Notes: a model not told the origin generated them from the letters alone. Shown: positions 7,788 to 17,649, numbered from the stretch's first letter. The stretch is DNA of 64,000 nucleotides from Minisyncoccia bacterium (GCA_041742075.1 JBGSJJ010000016.1:83128-147127), one strand, 5' to 3'. Numbers and translations are program-made.

Positions 7788-10047
7788 ATAGAATCTTTAA
7801 TTTTTTGTAATGATCGTCATCGGACATATGTATGAATTCTATGACGTTTTTTGCCACATCTTTTGCTTCAAGTGTTGCAGCGGTGATCGGCCGAGTGAAG
7901 TCTAGCCCGTGTGAGTATTCGTGCAGAAACTTTACGATGAAGTCTGCTACTCCTTTGTTTTTGAGGTTGGGATCAGTGACATATTTATCGTGTACCATTT
8001 GAGCAAAAGCTCGATCTGTACCACACGACCACTTAAAACCTGCGAAATATTCAAGTGCTTTTCTTGCGACATTTGGTATAAGTGGAGCATCTATTCCTGT
8101 ACCATTTTTATTGAAGTTATAGAGTTGAAAAAATAGGAATTGATACTCAGTTTTGTATTTGCGGATAATATCGGGCAGGGGCTCAATTTTTGCTTCATGT
8201 GTCGCCCCTGTGCGATTGCAGGTCATAAGATAAAGTTCGGCATCGTCGGTGTCGTTCATCCAATCTCGGACCAGATTAAAAAAGGCGAAGTTGTGTGTAA
8301 GTACTATCAACTGCTCGGCTTTTATAAGCTGTCTTTTTATGAGGCCGAAAGTGCGGAACAAAAATATTTCATCTTGACTGTCTACAGGATCATCTACCAC
8401 AATTATTCCGCTCTCCTTTTTAAAGCCGTCTTCTTCAAGTTTTGCAAGAAAATAAATCAATGCTATGACACTTTTCTCACCCTCGCTTAGGTGCTTTGCA
8501 TTCTTACCACGGCGCTTCACAATGTAACCCACCTCTGGAGCATTTGGATCTGTAAGCTCTAGATATATTTGTGATTCACCGAAGAAATCTTTGAGAACGT
8601 CATTTATTGCATCGATTGCGATAGAAGCATTTAGGATACCGCCACGTTTCTTTTTTATTTCACCATTTAGTGTGTATATTTCTGTTTTTAATGGACCAAG
8701 CTTTGCATCAAGATCGGCGAGGTCTTTTTTCTTTTTGAAATACTCTTTTGACTTCAAAACTGACGCAATGGTATGAATCTCAATTGCTTTTGCTGCTTCA
8801 TCTATTTTATCCATCCTCTCATCATGTTTATTGACTATAGCATTAAGCTTTTCAATAAGTGCACCGAACTCTTGAATAACATTCTCAGGATATGGAATTT
8901 TTGAAATAGTTTTTTTTCGATCATGTAGATTCTCACGCTTTTCATTGAGAGCAACAATCAGTGCTGTAATTGAACCACGTAGCTCTCTGCCTTTATCTTC
9001 AACGCTTGATTTTGTTGCAAGATATTCGTTTGCCAAATCAGGAAATAGTCGACTTGGTTCAATAAATACTGCCTCAGCTTTGTTTTCTGCTACGTCTATT
9101 TTTGTAATAATGTCATCAATTCCCTTTTTTGCTTTTTCGAGCTCCTCAGTAAAAAATTTGCCAAGGTTTTCTAGGAATCCTTTATCGAGAGTTTTTTTAC
9201 AAAATTGACACGATTCGAGATCTCGGTTTTTATGTATATGATATCCTTGTTCAGTCCAATCTCTGAGCTCTTTGTCAGAGTCGAGCCCTTCGATTATTTC
9301 GATATCTACAAATGTATCTAAGAGATTATTCGCATTTTCAAATAATACAGAAAAATCATTAACCCCTTTTAATTCAGAACCAATTTTTTGTTTTTGATTT
9401 TTAATTATGTCCCTCTTGCTGTCTATATCTTCTACCTTTTCTATAATCAATGAGTCTAGATTCTCAGGAGTGATCTTACCGTCAGTAACAAAAGGTTCTA
9501 TTTTTGTACGGTTGTAGCTTCGTCCATAGTATGTTCCACTACCGAGGGGGGTATTAGTAAATTGCTTGATTACTTCACGGGCAGCTTCAGTAAAAATATT
9601 TTCTATAGAGCTAATTTTTCCTCTATCTACTTCTAGCCGACCATGCTCTTCTCTTGCCGTGGTAACTTTCGCCTCTAGAGAAGTTATTTCAGCTTGTGCA
9701 TCTATATTATCTTTTCCAACAATGAGAATTTTCTTTGCTTTTGACTCGTGGAACTCAAGATTCTCTCGGATAAAATCCTCATTGAAAACTTTAATACTTA
9801 TATTACTAGTGAGCAGGTCTGATTCCTTGATAACGCCTGTGTTAGACTGAACCTGAAATTGCATTGAAGAAAACTCCGGCATATCAATTTTCTTCTTCTC
9901 AACAAAACTTAACACGCGCGACATGGTTGTTTTACCACATCCATTCCACCCATAAATTAAGTTGTATTTTTTTAGATCACTTCCACCCCATTGAAAGGTA
10001 TCGAAAGCATCAATATTTGTTATGTCTTTTAATTTGGTAATAGGCAT
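7771..10047 (-). CDS. AAA_13-family ABC/Rad50-like ATPase with coiled-coil and CxxC hook (RloC/PrrC-like architecture)
   Basis: Walker A GWNGCGKTT; CQFC in coiled-coil; signature LSEGEKS; Walker B IIVVDDPVDSQD; H-loop LTHN; ~200-aa C-terminal extra domain; 758 aa. Confidence 0.7.
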   Translation of the reverse strand: MPITKLKDITNIDAFDTFQWGGSDLKKYNLIYGWNGCGKTTMSRVLSFVEKKKIDMPEFSSMQFQVQSNTGVIKESDLLTSNISIKVFNEDFIRENLEFHESKAKKILIVGKDNIDAQAEITSLEAKVTTAREEHGRLEVDRGKISSIENIFTEAAREVIKQFTNTPLGSGTYYGRSYNRTKIEPFVTDGKITPENLDSLIIEKVEDIDSKRDIIKNQKQKIGSELKGVNDFSVLFENANNLLDTFVDIEIIEGLDSDKELRDWTEQGYHIHKNRDLESCQFCKKTLDKGFLENLGKFFTEELEKAKKGIDDIITKIDVAENKAEAVFIEPSRLFPDLANEYLATKSSVEDKGRELRGSITALIVALNEKRENLHDRKKTISKIPYPENVIQEFGALIEKLNAIVNKHDERMDKIDEAAKAIEIHTIASVLKSKEYFKKKKDLADLDAKLGPLKTEIYTLNGEIKKKRGGILNASIAIDAINDVLKDFFGESQIYLELTDPNAPEVGYIVKRRGKNAKHLSEGEKSVIALIYFLAKLEEDGFKKESGIIVVDDPVDSQDEIFLFRTFGLIKRQLIKAEQLIVLTHNFAFFNLVRDWMNDTDDAELYLMTCNRTGATHEAKIEPLPDIIRKYKTEYQFLFFQLYNFNKNGTGIDAPLIPNVARKALEYFAGFKWSCGTDRAFAQMVHDKYVTDPNLKNKGVADFIVKFLHEYSHGLDFTRPITAATLEAKDVAKNVIEFIHMSDDDHYKKLKILCDPSA

Positions 10048-10163
10048 GTGTTTTTGGGGTTTTCAAGATAAAAAAATATTACCACAAAATAGTACTTTTA
10101 TAAAGAGCGCTTGGTATGCAAATGACTATGTATTTTGCAAAAAGTAAGCTAAAATAAGGAGAC

Positions 10164-11183
10164 ATGAGATATTACGGTTGCAAAACCAAACTGCTTGATT
10201 ACATTGAGGATGTCGTTACAACTTTACCCGTAAAAAAAGGGGCAATTTTTTTCGATATATTTAGTGGGACAACTGCAGTTGGTCAACATTTTAAAAAACT
10301 TGGCTATACAGTTTATTCGAACGATTTTTTAGAGTTCGCATACTCACTAGCTCGAACAAATATTGAAACGGCTAAAATCCCTAAATTTAAAAAGTTAGGA
10401 TTGTCGGATGATATTATTGATCATCTAAATAAACTTAAGGGTAAGGCTGGATTCATTACAAAAAATTACTCACCATTTAACGGAAACAAACGTCAGTATC
10501 TTTCAGTTGAAAATGCTAAAAAGGTTGATGTGATTAGAGAAAATATCGAGAACTGGAAGAATAGTAAATTAATTTCTGAAACGGAATATTATTATCTTAT
10601 TGCAAGTCTCATAAACGCAATCAGTCTTGTTGCAAATGTAACAGGTACCTACGCTGCATTTTTGAAAAGCTGGGACAGACGGGCTTTAAAAAATATCACT
10701 TTAGGACATGGAGAAGTGTTTGATAACAAAAAAGAAAACAGGGCCTTTCGAGCCGATGCAAATGATCTCGTTGGGATGCACAAAGTAGATATTCTATACC
10801 TAGATCCCCCATATAATGCTAGGCAATTTGCATCAAATTATTTTTTTCTAGAATTGGTGGCGGAAGGTTGGTTTAGGAAAATTCCTGAGATATATGGAAA
10901 CGCGGGAATGAGGCCTTATGAGGATCAAAAATCAGATTATTCAATTTCTCGAAAGGCTGCTGACGCGCTTCTAGATTTAGTAACAAAAGCAAAAGCAAAA
11001 TATATTTTATTGAGTTACAACGACGAAGGAATAATACCGATTCCTGTGCTCAAAAAAATTCTTTCAACTCGCGGTGAAGTTAAGGAATACACAAAAGAAC
11101 ACAAACGATACCGCGCAATTAATCAAGATGGGTCGAAAATTATAACTAAGGAGCATTTGTTCCTACTAACTGTAAAAAAATAA
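10164..11183 (+). CDS. Dam/DpnM-like N6-adenine DNA methyltransferase (alpha class, D12 family)
   Basis: N-terminal RYYGCK...FFDIFSGTTAVG (motif I) and LYLDPPYN (motif IV). Confidence 0.75.
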   Translation: MRYYGCKTKLLDYIEDVVTTLPVKKGAIFFDIFSGTTAVGQHFKKLGYTVYSNDFLEFAYSLARTNIETAKIPKFKKLGLSDDIIDHLNKLKGKAGFITKNYSPFNGNKRQYLSVENAKKVDVIRENIENWKNSKLISETEYYYLIASLINAISLVANVTGTYAAFLKSWDRRALKNITLGHGEVFDNKKENRAFRADANDLVGMHKVDILYLDPPYNARQFASNYFFLELVAEGWFRKIPEIYGNAGMRPYEDQKSDYSISRKAADALLDLVTKAKAKYILLSYNDEGIIPIPVLKKILSTRGEVKEYTKEHKRYRAINQDGSKIITKEHLFLLTVKK

Positions 11184-11184
11184 T

Positions 11185-11994
11185 ATGGCTGAAAAAATGA
11201 ACAACTTAAATGGCAAAGAGTGGCTACAAAACTCCTTTAGTATTTGGAGAGACGTTGGTAAAACATCCGAGGAGAGGAAGTTGAAGCACCCTGCAATGTT
11301 TCCACAGCAATTGGTCGAGAAACTCATTAAAATCTACACAAAAGACCCTGGTGAGGTCATTCTCGATCCTTTTCTGGGTATTGGCTCAACATTAAAAGCA
11401 GCTCACAACCTTGGAAAGAAAGGAATCGGCTTTGATTTAAATAAGGACTACTGCGAGATTGCCAAAGGTAGAGTTACAAAACATGAAGCTGATGAAAATT
11501 TTGATAAAAAAGTAAAAAGATTTGAACCCAAGATCTATTGCGAGGATTCAAGAAACATTTTAAAGCACGTCAAACCAAATTCAGTAGACCTAGTGGTTAC
11601 ATCACCGCCATATTGGGATATCTTAACCATGAAGAGAACTGCTGACATGAAAGATGGACGTAAGTATTCCGATTCAGACGATGATATTGGTAATATTCAC
11701 GACTACGAGGCTTTTCTCCAAGATCTAAAAACTGTTTATACTGAGGTCTACAAAACACTAAAACCCAACAAGCGATGTATCTGCGTCGTTATGGATATTC
11801 GTAAAAAGGATAAATTCTATCCATTGCACGAAGATCAAAGTCGCATCATGCGTGAAATAGGATTTGAGCTCGAAGAGTATGTTATATGGGACCGACAAAA
11901 AGAGTACAACAACATGAAAACACTAGGCTATCCATGGGTATTCAGATTCAATAAGGTACATGAATTTATTTGTGTCTATTGGAAAAGAGCTTAG
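11185..11994 (+). CDS. Second DNA methyltransferase (N6/N4, PF01555-like)
   Basis: HPAMFPQQLVEKLIKIYTKDPGEVILDPFLGIGST (AdoMet-binding region) and VVTSPPYW (catalytic motif). Confidence 0.7.
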   Translation: MAEKMNNLNGKEWLQNSFSIWRDVGKTSEERKLKHPAMFPQQLVEKLIKIYTKDPGEVILDPFLGIGSTLKAAHNLGKKGIGFDLNKDYCEIAKGRVTKHEADENFDKKVKRFEPKIYCEDSRNILKHVKPNSVDLVVTSPPYWDILTMKRTADMKDGRKYSDSDDDIGNIHDYEAFLQDLKTVYTEVYKTLKPNKRCICVVMDIRKKDKFYPLHEDQSRIMREIGFELEEYVIWDRQKEYNNMKTLGYPWVFRFNKVHEFICVYWKRA

Positions 11995-12542
11995 TTAACT
12001 ATAAAATCTTTTTTTGAGAAAGGAATGACTGAATCTTCGCTGATTTGGTCATTTTTTTCATCCCAACCAACGACAATAATATCTTGTCCTTCCCCATAGC
12101 TAAGGACTCTCTGTCTTATTTTATCCTCAAGTAGAAGAATGTTTACTTCATTGGATACTCCATTTGTAGAAGCGACAAATGCCAAAAGAGCGCCAGTGAG
12201 TTTGGCGTAACAATTCATCTCACCCAATTCTTTAAGACTGAGTGCGGATGTTGATCTGTTGAGTAGTACTAGTTCTAAACGAGAATTTTTCTTATTTTTT
12301 AAAATACCAAGTACATCTGGTTTAAATTCCCATGTAGAATAATTTGCTATTTGTTTGATAGCCTCATTATTCATTTTTGCCAGACTCGTCTCTGGTATTA
12401 AAACAGATACAACTTCATGTGTTTCAGAAAATTTTATATTCAAAAAATTATTTAGCCAATTCTTTAATTTGTTTGTAAAAATATTTTTGTCCATATAATT
12501 AAATATTGATGAAGTTAACTTTTCCATTTTGAAGTGTAGCAA
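11991..12542 (-). CDS. Small protein paralogous to the PD-ExK C-terminal domain of the 547-aa protein, with degenerate catalytic lysine (ELV instead of EAK)
   Basis: KPDVLGIL...RLELVLL...SLKELGEM.YAKL aligns with KPDVVGFL...AFIEAKITPLDLKSLGQLMGYCFV in the neighbour. Confidence 0.4.
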   Translation of the reverse strand: MLHFKMEKLTSSIFNYMDKNIFTNKLKNWLNNFLNIKFSETHEVVSVLIPETSLAKMNNEAIKQIANYSTWEFKPDVLGILKNKKNSRLELVLLNRSTSALSLKELGEMNCYAKLTGALLAFVASTNGVSNEVNILLLEDKIRQRVLSYGEGQDIIVVGWDEKNDQISEDSVIPFSKKDFIVN

Positions 12543-14142
12543 GCTGAATCATTCGACCTTCAGCATATTGTAGTAAATCTGGACGTGCTTTGAGTACTTT
12601 AATAAGGGATAGTGATGGTTCTTTTGTTGAAATGAGAATAGCTTCTATTGGCTGTGCAACGAAGCAATAACCCATAAGCTGACCCAGACTTTTCAAATCA
12701 AGTGGTGTAATCTTTGCTTCAATGAAGGCTAGAGCTTTTTGTTTTTCAAGAAAACCTACAACATCTGGTTTAATTCGATACTTATCACAATAATCAAAAA
12801 CATCAAGCAATTCTCGATTTCTATTTTTCAAAAATAGATTTAGATTTCCGGCTGATGTATCAAAAGCATCTGCTGGTTCACTATATTTTTTTGACAGATA
12901 GTCTGTAAAAAATACAGTCAATGGTTCGTACATTGCCTGCTCAGCCATTTCCTTCTCAGTTTTTCTCTTTGTAGATGGAGCTTTCTCTGGCCTTATTTTA
13001 TTAGTTGCATTTTCCGTTAGCTCATTTCTAATAATATCAAATTCAGCCTGAATCTTAGAAAAATCCTCATCTAGCTCTATATCACCGGTGATAGCAAAAA
13101 GATCAGGATTTTTCGATTTACTTTGCAATCCTTGAAGATATTTGCACCCCATTGCAAGATTGATCTGCCAGAAAGCATCAAAATGTCTTCGAGCTGATTC
13201 TGGAATTCTTAAATCATTTTCTCCCGGATGGTATGCCTTGAGTTTCCCATTGGTAATTTTTGAAGGTGGAAACCAGTCGTCAATATTATCAAATTTAACT
13301 CCTAGATTATGAGCTTTTAATTCATCAAACATTGACTGTTTAGAACTTATACGAAATTTAAAATCCCCATAATATTCTGGAAAGAATTTTATTTGATGTT
13401 CACGACCCCAACTCGTTGGGTTTGTCTCATAAAAGTCATTTAAATTACCATCTCGAATATTTGGATGACCCCAGTCTATCGTATGTATTGGGAGATTAAA
13501 TTGCGAACGCATGAAGTTATCGATTTCTACGGGGAGATGCCAGTTTCTAACTATTTGATAGTAAACTCTCATTCTTCCGTGTCCATTTTTTCCATCACGA
13601 TTTAACCAACCACCCGCATTTGCAAAACCAGAGGTATCAAGTAATCCATTCACAAATTCTATTTTTGCTTCTTTTGTTGCAGTCTCTAATTCTTTCGGAA
13701 TATGAAATCTATCGAAGCTTGTGTCCGGTGAAAAAAATCTTGTTATATCCTTGAATTTGTCTTTGTCATTTTTTAAATCAATAACTAGAATTGTCATGGA
13801 CTTATTTCCTGTAATATCAAATTCAGCATTAATACCAGTCTTTAGAAAAGGTACAATCACATTTTTTAAAGATTCGACTGTAGAAAGTGGTTGATTGTAT
13901 GTCTTTTTGACTGACGAGTCTAGAACGTGACCACATTCTGGATTTTTACATTTTAGTCCGCCATTTTTATTGTCAGTTGCTAACCACCCACATTTTGGAC
14001 AATGAGCAATCCCAGCAATAAATTCATTTGTGTGTGAGAATTCAATTGCGATCGAAAAGCTATCCATGAAGAAATGACCTCGGCCTGTTATGAGACCGAG
14101 TAGGTACGCTTCCTCAGGAATTATAGTGTTATTTTCAGCCAT
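12499..14142 (-). CDS. Candidate restriction endonuclease / nuclease: degenerate LAGLIDADG-like motifs, zinc ribbon, C-terminal PD-ExK domain
   Basis: AYLLGLITGRGHF and EFVNGLLDTSGF (LAGLIDADG-like, acidic residues replaced); CPKCG...CKNPEC; KPDV...EAK; convergent with the two methyltransferase genes. Confidence 0.45.
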   Translation of the reverse strand: MAENNTIIPEEAYLLGLITGRGHFFMDSFSIAIEFSHTNEFIAGIAHCPKCGWLATDNKNGGLKCKNPECGHVLDSSVKKTYNQPLSTVESLKNVIVPFLKTGINAEFDITGNKSMTILVIDLKNDKDKFKDITRFFSPDTSFDRFHIPKELETATKEAKIEFVNGLLDTSGFANAGGWLNRDGKNGHGRMRVYYQIVRNWHLPVEIDNFMRSQFNLPIHTIDWGHPNIRDGNLNDFYETNPTSWGREHQIKFFPEYYGDFKFRISSKQSMFDELKAHNLGVKFDNIDDWFPPSKITNGKLKAYHPGENDLRIPESARRHFDAFWQINLAMGCKYLQGLQSKSKNPDLFAITGDIELDEDFSKIQAEFDIIRNELTENATNKIRPEKAPSTKRKTEKEMAEQAMYEPLTVFFTDYLSKKYSEPADAFDTSAGNLNLFLKNRNRELLDVFDYCDKYRIKPDVVGFLEKQKALAFIEAKITPLDLKSLGQLMGYCFVAQPIEAILISTKEPSLSLIKVLKARPDLLQYAEGRMIQLATLQNGKVNFINI

Positions 14143-14190
14143 AAATTACTCTATAATTCTACACTTTTTTTAGTGTTTTGAACAGAGAAT

Positions 14191-14367
14191 TTATTTACCG
14201 GCAAACGGGACATTTGTTTCCCCTTTATTTGCAAAGTAAAATGAGAATGCCATTGATGCTAGGATCATAAAATCTTTAGGATCAATTCTACCCACAAACA
14301 TCCCAGCAATGGTCGCCACTGCCATCAGAATAAAAACTACTTTTGATGCTGATTTTAATATTTCCAT
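14191..14367 (-). CDS. 58-aa two-TM membrane protein (holin candidate; below ORF-track length cutoff)
   Basis: Manual translation MEILKSASKVVFILMAVATIAGMFVGRIDPKDFMILASMAFSFYFANKGETNVPFAGK; start 3 nt from amidase stop. Confidence 0.4.
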   Translation of the reverse strand: MEILKSASKVVFILMAVATIAGMFVGRIDPKDFMILASMAFSFYFANKGETNVPFAGK

Positions 14368-14369
14368 AG

Positions 14370-14975
14370 CTATAATTGGTTTAATAGATTAATAATTTGT
14401 GCCTTTATCACTCCCCTGTTTGGGACCGACTGAGTGAATAGTTTTTTGATTACTTCATTTCGTACATTTTCTGGTTTTTCTTTATAGTCGGTTATATCTC
14501 CATGGATGATGATATTTTTTGGATCAAGTACGAATGCCGTCTCTGGATTGTTTGAAAATGATTTTATAAGTTCTATAAGTTGGTCATATTGCCATTCGGT
14601 TATGTCATTTTCGTTTGATTCAACAACACCATCCTGATCCACGTCATATCCTGCCGCGAGTTCAATTCCTATAGTGTACTGATTTGGATTGACCCATGAA
14701 CCATCTAGATTCTTGAGCATTACTTTTTTTGCTCTATCGTTTGGGTTACTTATTACTCCTGCATGCCATGCTATGTCAGTAATTTTTACTAGCTGGACTA
14801 TTTCACCAGGCTTTCTACCAATCACAAAATGTGAAGAGGATCTATTTGGCCTATTTGCATTTGAGAGCCAGCTCACTGCGCCGCCATATGAGCCAAGCGT
14901 AAAGTGCAAAACCACAACGGCTTTCTTTGTAGGACCAACTGAGTAATTTGGTGTTTGTTGAAATGATATATTCAT
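14370..14975 (-). CDS. N-acetylmuramoyl-L-alanine amidase (Amidase_2/PGRP fold) endolysin
   Basis: SHFVIGRKPGEIVQLV...DIAWHAG motifs. Confidence 0.75.
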   Translation of the reverse strand: MNISFQQTPNYSVGPTKKAVVVLHFTLGSYGGAVSWLSNANRPNRSSSHFVIGRKPGEIVQLVKITDIAWHAGVISNPNDRAKKVMLKNLDGSWVNPNQYTIGIELAAGYDVDQDGVVESNENDITEWQYDQLIELIKSFSNNPETAFVLDPKNIIIHGDITDYKEKPENVRNEVIKKLFTQSVPNRGVIKAQIINLLNQL

Positions 14976-14978
14976 AAA

Positions 14979-15260
14979 TTATTTTTTAGCTGGTAATCGT
15001 TCCTCAAGGATTGTTTCAATTTTTATCAATCGTTCGCTTGTATCCCGATAGCGTTCGGTATTCGCTTGGTCTAGTCGTTTTACGTTTTCTTCAATTGTAT
15101 GGATGTGGTTATCTCGAATATTATTGAGAGCTTCGATAACCTGAATATCACTCTTTGGTGCTTGGAGCATGTTGAAGATTCCGAATGAAACGCCGACGAT
15201 TCCAATTACCAGAGAGACCTGGTTGTATAAAAATTTCTTGAACGTCTCTTGTTTTTCCAT
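14979..15260 (-). CDS. Single-TM small membrane protein; holin or lysis accessory candidate
   Basis: TM segment LVIGIVGVSFGIFNML then coiled region; immediately upstream of amidase. Confidence 0.35.
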   Translation of the reverse strand: MEKQETFKKFLYNQVSLVIGIVGVSFGIFNMLQAPKSDIQVIEALNNIRDNHIHTIEENVKRLDQANTERYRDTSERLIKIETILEERLPAKK

Positions 15261-15305
15261 ACCTAAAGCATAGATGTCCCTTACGACAAAAAGGGGTGTA
15301 TTACT

Positions 15306-17648
15306 TTATTGAGAGATTAGAGCTCGCACAGCTTCGATTTGTCTTTCAGGGGTAATGTTTCGTACTAGGTTTATTCCCTTTCTTACCGCCTTTGAGAGTA
15401 ATCCTGATGCATTTCCTGTAGCGACATCGGTAAGTGCTCCGGTTGCTTCCTCTGCGGTATTCACCCCTTTTGTGATTTGTTGCTGTAGACTTTGTGACTG
15501 AGTTGTACCGAACAAGTCTTCAAGAAAATTTGCAAATAGGAACTGACTTCTTGCATCAATATTCTTGTTATATCCATACTGCCTTGCGAGATCCTGGATA
15601 TTCTGCACAATCGCTAGAGGACGTGACGAAGCGTTACCGAGAATTCTTCGGCCAACCTCTCCAGCTCTAAGCGATGAATCGATCTTTGTTGCTTCAAAGT
15701 CTTTTCCGAGAGCACGCTGGAAATAATCCATCGCACTGGTAAGCTTTGAATACTCATTTGAAAGCTCCGCATAATCGGTATCGATGTATGCGATATTGTC
15801 TCCCAATCCTCCATACACTTTTTGAAGGATTCGCTTTGCACTTTTATCGAGGTTTCCTTCAAGAGTTCCGAGATCAACTTCAGTTCCGAGTTGCTGTCTG
15901 ATCATGTCCACAGTCTTTACGTTTGATTTTTCTCCGAGATTAGAGATTCTCTGATGAACGCTTTCTATTATCTTCTGGACCTTAGGAACATTTGCATACT
16001 TAGAGTTTGAAAAATCGAGACCGTCGTTAGTTATTTTTATTCCGGCATCATCAAGGTCTTTGTAGAAAATATCCGCAGTATCGGTAATTGTGACGGGATT
16101 GTTGCCAAGCTTAGATCTCAAAACACCAAGATCTTGACCAACTTTTTGACGTGCGCTTTCGACTGTATCAGCCTGTTCAATGAGTATTTTTCCAGCCTGT
16201 TCGATCGGCTGACGTGAGTATGTCTTATCTTTTGATGCCTGCTCCGCAACTTTCATAGCTTTATCAAATATTTTTTTATCTTCAAGAGATGCGTTCTTAA
16301 TAAAGGCAACGTCTTGGTCTGCAATACCTGACTTTAGAGCTTCGGTTGCTTTTGCATCAACAACTTTTTTGCCGTCCGCACCTACAGAATAGTTAATTAC
16401 ATCAGCTGGAATCTTTCTACTTTCATCAATCACGTCATCTGCCTTTGAGACCAATTCGTCAAAGGTTGTTTTATTAGGATCAATGAGTGTTCGATATTTT
16501 TCTCCTGCACCTGGAACATTCATATCCAAATTTGCCGCAATATCATCAATGCGCCCCTTAGCAAGTTCGGGATTAAGAGCACCATCTTTTTGATAAACCT
16601 GATCAATGCTCAAATCGCCATTTTTGATTGCAGCCTTGAAGGAATCTTCATCAGCATGCTTAGCAATTTCGTCGTGAAGCGAATTGATAGTCTCATCGGG
16701 AGTCATTGATGGCTTAAGCATGTTGTTGATTTCCCTTCGCCGATTTAAATATCCACTTGTACCACCAACGACCGCACCGACTGTTCCACCGGCAACACCA
16801 CCGACAACACCGCCAGTGAGAGCGTCTTCTGCAATTTCAGAATTGCTTTTGTTATCCTGCATTGCTCGAGTCGCACCTTGTGCTGTTCCCCATACAGAAC
16901 CTGACACAAGACCTTGCTTAGCACCTTGCCATGCACCTTTGAGGATGGCTTGAGCTTTTGTACCACCACCGATAATGCTTGGGAGCGCACCGGCTGCAGG
17001 TGAGACAGTGCTTCCTATACCAGCTTTGCCGAGAACAGTTGCAACTTTCCCAGATGTTTTTCCTGCGATAAGAAGTTTTCCGCTTTGAGCACCTTGAGCT
17101 GCTTTACCGTATGATCCTGCTGAAAGAATATCTACAGCCACACCAAGACCTTCTCCGAATATTTGCTTCGCTGTTTTATTTACACTCGCATTTGTCTCAT
17201 TGATATCAATTGGCGGTTTGCCTGCATCTTTCATGTGCTGCTGAAGTGCTGCCTCAAGGCGAGACGTGTCTTCGCCTCTTTCCTTTTTCTGCTTGATGGT
17301 TTTCAAAAGATTGTCAGTAATTTCCTGACTCTGTGCCATAAGTTCCTCATTCTCTTTATTTGTCCACGCTGCACTTCCAGGCACAAACGATGGCAACGCA
17401 TCAGCTATACTCTTTCCGAATTTCTTCTCACTCGAAATAATTGCGTTGCCCACAGCTTTTGTTCCACTCCAAATCTTTGCTCCGAGACTTTTTTTCTCAG
17501 GTTCCTGAGTAGCCGGTGCTTGAGTCTCGTTTGCATATTTCTGTTTGAAGTCATTTACGACAAATTGAACATCCGCATCGCTTTCTTTGTTAGCGACCAT
17601 TTGCTGAACGATCTTATCAAGTTGTTGTCTTCTGGATTCTGTAAGCAT
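15306..17648 (-). CDS. Large phage structural protein with Gly-rich hydrophobic segment (tape-measure or ejection/internal virion protein candidate)
   Basis: GGVVGGVAGGTVGAVVGGTSGY segment; coiled-coil-rich; position in late operon. Confidence 0.4.
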   Translation of the reverse strand: MLTESRRQQLDKIVQQMVANKESDADVQFVVNDFKQKYANETQAPATQEPEKKSLGAKIWSGTKAVGNAIISSEKKFGKSIADALPSFVPGSAAWTNKENEELMAQSQEITDNLLKTIKQKKERGEDTSRLEAALQQHMKDAGKPPIDINETNASVNKTAKQIFGEGLGVAVDILSAGSYGKAAQGAQSGKLLIAGKTSGKVATVLGKAGIGSTVSPAAGALPSIIGGGTKAQAILKGAWQGAKQGLVSGSVWGTAQGATRAMQDNKSNSEIAEDALTGGVVGGVAGGTVGAVVGGTSGYLNRRREINNMLKPSMTPDETINSLHDEIAKHADEDSFKAAIKNGDLSIDQVYQKDGALNPELAKGRIDDIAANLDMNVPGAGEKYRTLIDPNKTTFDELVSKADDVIDESRKIPADVINYSVGADGKKVVDAKATEALKSGIADQDVAFIKNASLEDKKIFDKAMKVAEQASKDKTYSRQPIEQAGKILIEQADTVESARQKVGQDLGVLRSKLGNNPVTITDTADIFYKDLDDAGIKITNDGLDFSNSKYANVPKVQKIIESVHQRISNLGEKSNVKTVDMIRQQLGTEVDLGTLEGNLDKSAKRILQKVYGGLGDNIAYIDTDYAELSNEYSKLTSAMDYFQRALGKDFEATKIDSSLRAGEVGRRILGNASSRPLAIVQNIQDLARQYGYNKNIDARSQFLFANFLEDLFGTTQSQSLQQQITKGVNTAEEATGALTDVATGNASGLLSKAVRKGINLVRNITPERQIEAVRALISQ

Positions 17649-17649
17649 T

